35,911 bases of DNA, taken from the NCBI GenBank assembly GCA_035286545.1, contig DATEDE010000072.1, forward strand, positions 1 to 35,911, in the 5' to 3' direction. The notes below the pieces were generated by a model. It ran no database searches and had not been told where the DNA came from. It saw only the letters and a program-made list of their open reading frames with translations. Shown piece by piece: positions 32,480 to 35,911 of the stretch; position 1 is the first letter of the stretch; each line of letters starts with the position of its first letter. The translations under genes were made by a program, and so were the position numbers. This DNA comes from Actinomycetota bacterium (lineage in GTDB: Bacteria; Actinomycetota; UBA4738; HRBIN12).

Positions 32480-35158
32480 TCACAGGCCCGCCTGCGGCGA
32501 GATCCCGTACGCCGCGATCGCTCGATCGACGGCCGCCCGGGGCAGCGTTCCGGCGCGCTCCAGGGCAGCGAGCGCGGCGACCGCGATGTGCTCCGCGTCC
32601 ACCTCGAACCGCCGCCGCAGGGCCTCCCGCGTGTCCGAGCGGCCGAACCCGTCCGTCCCGAGCGACGTGAAGCTCGCCGGCACCCATCGTGCGATCAGGT
32701 CGGGGACCGCCTTCATCGAGTCGCTCGCGGCGATCACCGGGCCCTCCGCCTCGGCGAGCCGTCGGGTCACGTACGGCTCCGGCCCGGCCCCGGTCAGGCG
32801 GACGGCGCGTTCGCACGCGAGCGCGTCCCTCCGCAGCTCGTGGTACGAGGGAGCGCTCCAGACGTCGGCCGCGACGCCGTGGTCCGCGAGCAGGACCTGC
32901 GCGCGGAGCACCTCGCGCATGATCGGGCCGGAGCCGAGGAGCTTCACGCGGTGGCCGTCGCTGGACGCGCCGCGGAAGCGGTAGAGGCCGCGGACGATCT
33001 CGTCCTCGACGCCCTCCGGCATCGCTGGCATCGGCGACGGCTCGTTCGACAGCGTGAGGTAGAAGAAGACGTCCTCGCCGCCCTCGACCATCCGCTGGAG
33101 CCCCTCGCGAACGATGACGGCGATCTCGAACGCGAACGCGGGATCGAACCAGACGCACGCCGGATTCGTCTCCGCGAGCAGCAACGAGTGGCCGTCCTGG
33201 TGCTGCAGGCCCTCGCCGTTCAGCGTCGTGCGTCCGTGCGTCGCGCCGAGCAGGAAGCCGCGAACGCACCCGTCGCCGCACTGCCAGATCAGGTCGCCGA
33301 TCCGCTGGAACCCGAAGATCGAGTAGAAGAAGTAGAAGGGGATCATGTGCTCGCCGTGTGTCGCGTAGGTCGTCCCAGCAGCTGCGAACGAGCTGATCGA
33401 TCCCGTCTCGGTGATCCCCTCCTCGAGGATCCGTCCGCGGGGATCCTCGCGGTACCAGAGCACGTGATCCGCGTCGACCGGTCGGTAGCGCTGCCCGAGG
33501 CTCGAGTAGATCCCGTACCGGCTGAACAGCGATTCCATGCCGAACGTGCGTGCCTCGTCCGGGACGATCGGCACGACGCGCTCGCCGAACCCGTCGGCAT
33601 CCATGAGCCGTCGGAGGAGCCGAACCATCGCCGTCGTCGTCGCGACGGGCTGGTCGGTCCCCACGAGGAACTCCTCGAACGCGGATCGGGCCGGGACCGC
33701 GAGCGGCTTCGCGGCCGCCCGCCGATCCGGGACGAACCCGCCGAGCGCCCGGCGTCGCTCGAGTGCGTACGCGACCTCGGGGCTGTCCGGCGCGGGGCGG
33801 TAGAAGGGAGGGATGCCGTCCTCGAGCTGCTCGTCGGTGATGGGGACCCGGAGCCGGTCCCGCAGCTCGAGGAGCCCCTCGGGCGTGAACCGCTTGACCT
33901 GGTGGGTGCTGTTGCGGCCCTCGATCGCGTCACCGAGGCCCCACCCCTTGCTCGTCTGCGCGAGGACCACGGTCGGCCGGTCCTTCTCCGCGATCGCGGC
34001 CGCGTACGCCGCGTACACCTTGCGGGGGTCGTGGCCCCCGCGCCCGAGCGCGTCCAGGCGGCCGGGGTCGGCCGCGGCTAGCGCCTCGAGGCGCGGGATG
34101 CCGGCGAACAGCTCGTCGCGCAGGTAGGCGGCGCCCTCGGTCGTGTGGCGCTGGAGGTCGCCGTCGAGGACCGTGTTCAGGCGATCGACGAGCGCACCGT
34201 CGGCATCGCCGTCGAGCAGATCATCCCAGTGCCGGTCCCAGAGCACCTTGACGACGCGCCATCCGGCGCCCAGGAAGAGTGCCTCGAGCTCCGGAACGAT
34301 CTTGCCGTTGCCGCGGACGGGGCCGTCGAGGCGCTGGAGGTTGCAGTTCACCACGAAGACGAGGTTGTCGAGCCCCTCCCGAGCAGCGAGCGTGAGCCCG
34401 CCGATCGCCTCGGGCTCGTCCATCTCGCCGTCGCCGATGAACGCCCACACGCGGCGATCCGACGGTTCCACGATCCGGCGCGCCTCGAGGTACCGGTTGA
34501 AGCGCGCCCGACCGATCGCGTTCACGGGACCGAGTCCCATCGAGGCCGTGGGGAACTCCCAGAACTCGGGCATCAGCCGCGGGTGGATGTACGAGGGGAT
34601 GCCGGCGCCTCCCGCCTCACGCCGGTAGCCCTCGAGCTGCCGGATGTCGAGGCGGCCCTCGAGGTACGCGCGGGCGTAGATGCCGGGCGCGGCGGCCGAC
34701 TGGAAGTACACGTGGTCGCCGCCGCTCGGGCTCTCGCGGCCGCGGAGGACGTGGTTGAACGCGACCTCGTAAAGGACCGCGGTGGACGCGTAGGTCGACA
34801 GGTGCCCGCCGAGCCCCGCGCCTCCCGCGTTCGCGCGGACGACGAGCGCGGAGGCGTTCCACCGGTTGAGGTCGAGGATGCGTCGCTCGAGCGCCTCGTC
34901 GCCGGGGTAGGCGGGTTCCTCGGACGCGGGGAGCGAGTTCACGTAGCCAGACACGAGCAGCCCGCGGCCGAAGCCGTCATCGCGGACCTCGCTCAGCAGG
35001 GCGCCGACGAGAGCCGCTGCCTGGTCGGGCGACCGGCGCCGGACGTCACGGAGCGCCTCGACCCACTCGGCGATCTCCTCGGGATCGTCGCCGTGCGGGG
35101 GAACGGGAGCGGCCAGCCGCAGCCGAGGGTCGTCGGCCGGTCCCGGCGCGCTATTCAT
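32480..35158 (-). CDS. aceE: Pyruvate dehydrogenase E1 component, homodimeric type
   Basis: 892 aa. ...RWNASALVVRAN...GGHLSTYASTAVLYEVAFNH..., ...FIGDGEMDEPEA..., ...NCNLQRLDGPVRGNGKI... and the transketolase-like C-terminal blocks are characteristic of AceE. Confidence 0.9.
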   Translation of the reverse strand: MNSAPGPADDPRLRLAAPVPPHGDDPEEIAEWVEALRDVRRRSPDQAAALVGALLSEVRDDGFGRGLLVSGYVNSLPASEEPAYPGDEALERRILDLNRWNASALVVRANAGGAGLGGHLSTYASTAVLYEVAFNHVLRGRESPSGGDHVYFQSAAAPGIYARAYLEGRLDIRQLEGYRREAGGAGIPSYIHPRLMPEFWEFPTASMGLGPVNAIGRARFNRYLEARRIVEPSDRRVWAFIGDGEMDEPEAIGGLTLAAREGLDNLVFVVNCNLQRLDGPVRGNGKIVPELEALFLGAGWRVVKVLWDRHWDDLLDGDADGALVDRLNTVLDGDLQRHTTEGAAYLRDELFAGIPRLEALAAADPGRLDALGRGGHDPRKVYAAYAAAIAEKDRPTVVLAQTSKGWGLGDAIEGRNSTHQVKRFTPEGLLELRDRLRVPITDEQLEDGIPPFYRPAPDSPEVAYALERRRALGGFVPDRRAAAKPLAVPARSAFEEFLVGTDQPVATTTAMVRLLRRLMDADGFGERVVPIVPDEARTFGMESLFSRYGIYSSLGQRYRPVDADHVLWYREDPRGRILEEGITETGSISSFAAAGTTYATHGEHMIPFYFFYSIFGFQRIGDLIWQCGDGCVRGFLLGATHGRTTLNGEGLQHQDGHSLLLAETNPACVWFDPAFAFEIAVIVREGLQRMVEGGEDVFFYLTLSNEPSPMPAMPEGVEDEIVRGLYRFRGASSDGHRVKLLGSGPIMREVLRAQVLLADHGVAADVWSAPSYHELRRDALACERAVRLTGAGPEPYVTRRLAEAEGPVIAASDSMKAVPDLIARWVPASFTSLGTDGFGRSDTREALRRRFEVDAEHIAVAALAALERAGTLPRAAVDRAIAAYGISPQAGL

Positions 35159-35183
35159 TCATGGGTCGGACCATAGGCGCTTC

Positions 35184-35191
35184 ATCGTACC
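35184..35191 (-). promoter_or_regulatory. GGTACGAT (minus strand), candidate extended -10 element upstream of aceE
   Basis: ATCGTACC on the top strand lies 26 nt upstream of the aceE ATG (35158). It is the same octamer as at 6828..6835. This would imply a very short leader. Confidence 0.3.
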
Positions 35192-35227
35192 CCGGCCGGC
35201 ACCCGGCCGGGAACGGCCGTTTCCCGC

Positions 35228-35911
35228 TCAGAGGTCTGCGCGCGGGCCGGCTTCGCCCGGCGGCTGGATCGGCGCGAACGGGACGCCCTGCCCGCCCTCG
35301 GGGCCGACCTCCAGTCGATCCTCGACCTCGAGGACCCCTGGGATGTGGCGGATCACGTCGAGCAGGACGTCGCGCTGGGCGCTGAAGTCGAGGCTGCCGC
35401 GGAGGACGACGCGTCCCTCGTGGACCTCGGCGTCGATCGATCGCAGGTCGGTGGTGAGGACCTTCGAGGCGACGGAGCGCACCTGCTCGGCTATCTGCTC
35501 GTCCGTCCGGATGAACGCGCTCAGCAGGTCGACGCGGCTGACGATGCCCACGAGGAGCCCGTCCTCGCCGACGACCGGCAGGCGCTTCACCCCAGCATCG
35601 CGGAGCTTGCGGATCGCTTCCCAGATCGACTGGTCGGGGCGCACCGTGACGACCGGCGTCGTCATGATCGCCTCGGCGTCGTGGCCGCGCTTCAGTGCGT
35701 CCTCGGTCCGGCCAGGATGGAGGAACCAGTCGAGCGCCCGCGTGCGTCGCCGGTCGTGCGAGCCCTCGCGCAGAAGATCGGCCTCGGACACGATCCCGAC
35801 GAGCCGCCCGTCGTCGTCCACCACGGGGATCCCGCTCACGTGGTGCTTCGCCATCTTCCCGACGAGCTCCTGGAACCCGGTCCCCGGCGTCACGGTCACG
35901 ACCGAACTCGT
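35228..35911 (-). CDS. CBS-pair plus BON domain protein, 5' end probably beyond window edge
   Basis: Two CBS-like repeats (...HHVSGIPVVDDDGRLVGIVSEADLL..., ...GVKRLPVVGEDGLLVGIVSRVDLL...) are followed by a BON-like tail (VHEGRVVLRGSLDFSAQRDVLLDVIRHIPGVLEVEDRLEV). The frame stays open upstream of the GTG at 35899 to the window end (TSSVVTVTPG...). Confidence 0.75.
   Translation of the reverse strand, partial: TSSVVTVTPGTGFQELVGKMAKHHVSGIPVVDDDGRLVGIVSEADLLREGSHDRRRTRALDWFLHPGRTEDALKRGHDAEAIMTTPVVTVRPDQSIWEAIRKLRDAGVKRLPVVGEDGLLVGIVSRVDLLSAFIRTDEQIAEQVRSVASKVLTTDLRSIDAEVHEGRVVLRGSLDFSAQRDVLLDVIRHIPGVLEVEDRLEVGPEGGQGVPFAPIQPPGEAGPRADL

Noticed and set aside
1-35911. Mobile elements, CRISPR arrays, tRNA/rRNA genes, toxin-antitoxin or phage-defence genes
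   Set aside because: I scanned ORF translations and intergenic regions on both strands. I saw no transposase, integrase or recombinase motifs, no regularly spaced direct repeats, no cloverleaf-like tRNA candidates in the short GC-rich gaps, and no defence-type ATPase or nuclease domains.

Overview
This is a very GC-rich (about 70% by eye), gene-dense bacterial chromosomal window. I call 35 protein-coding genes. I see no rRNA, tRNA, CRISPR array, transposase, integrase or phage genes. Frequent GTG/TTG starts, many 4-nt stop/start overlaps, a lipoprotein solute-binding protein, a stand-alone homodimeric-type aceE and a CBS-BON protein fit a high-GC Actinomycetota-like genome, but the taxon cannot be proven from this window.

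Layout:
- 3..4559 (+): a CoxM/CoxS/CoxL-type molybdenum hydroxylase. Its large subunit carries a VRGAGRP loop, so it is not a bona fide CO dehydrogenase. It is translationally coupled to an opine-dehydrogenase-family gene.
- 4570..6682 (-): aldo/keto reductase, a 66-aa 4-oxalocrotonate-tautomerase-family protein, and a DpaA (dipicolinate synthase subunit A)-like dehydrogenase.
- 6884..10573 (+): a NitT/TauT-type ABC importer (ATPase, two permeases, lipoprotein SBP).
- 10652..28274 (+): an almost uninterrupted run of 19 catabolic-looking genes. It holds three isochorismatase-family cysteine hydrolases, an alpha/beta hydrolase, an EamA transporter, an ornithine cyclodeaminase/mu-crystallin homologue, an aminotransferase, a shortened GlcG-like protein and an MLE-subgroup enolase-superfamily enzyme. 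It also holds a second opine-DH homologue, a 527-aa divergent asparaginase-fold protein, a second tautomerase, a VOC protein, a second DpaA-like gene and a DadA-like FAD oxidoreductase. The run ends with a creatinase-like M24 protein, an atypical SDR, an Amidohydrolase_2 protein and a D-hydantoinase/dihydropyrimidinase.
- 28309..31598: a divergent TPP-enzyme / amidohydrolase pair.
- 31610..35911 (-): a FadR/GntR regulator, aceE and a CBS-BON gene.

The most interesting items are:
- the duplicated, translationally coupled tautomerase plus DpaA-like module in a non-sporulation catabolic context with no DpaB;
- the asparaginase-fold protein with substituted catalytic motifs and a large insertion;
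- several enzymes whose canonical catalytic or metal residues look replaced;
- a recurring GGTA(G/C)GAT AT-rich element at operon heads.

All functional calls rest on motif recognition by eye, not on database searches.
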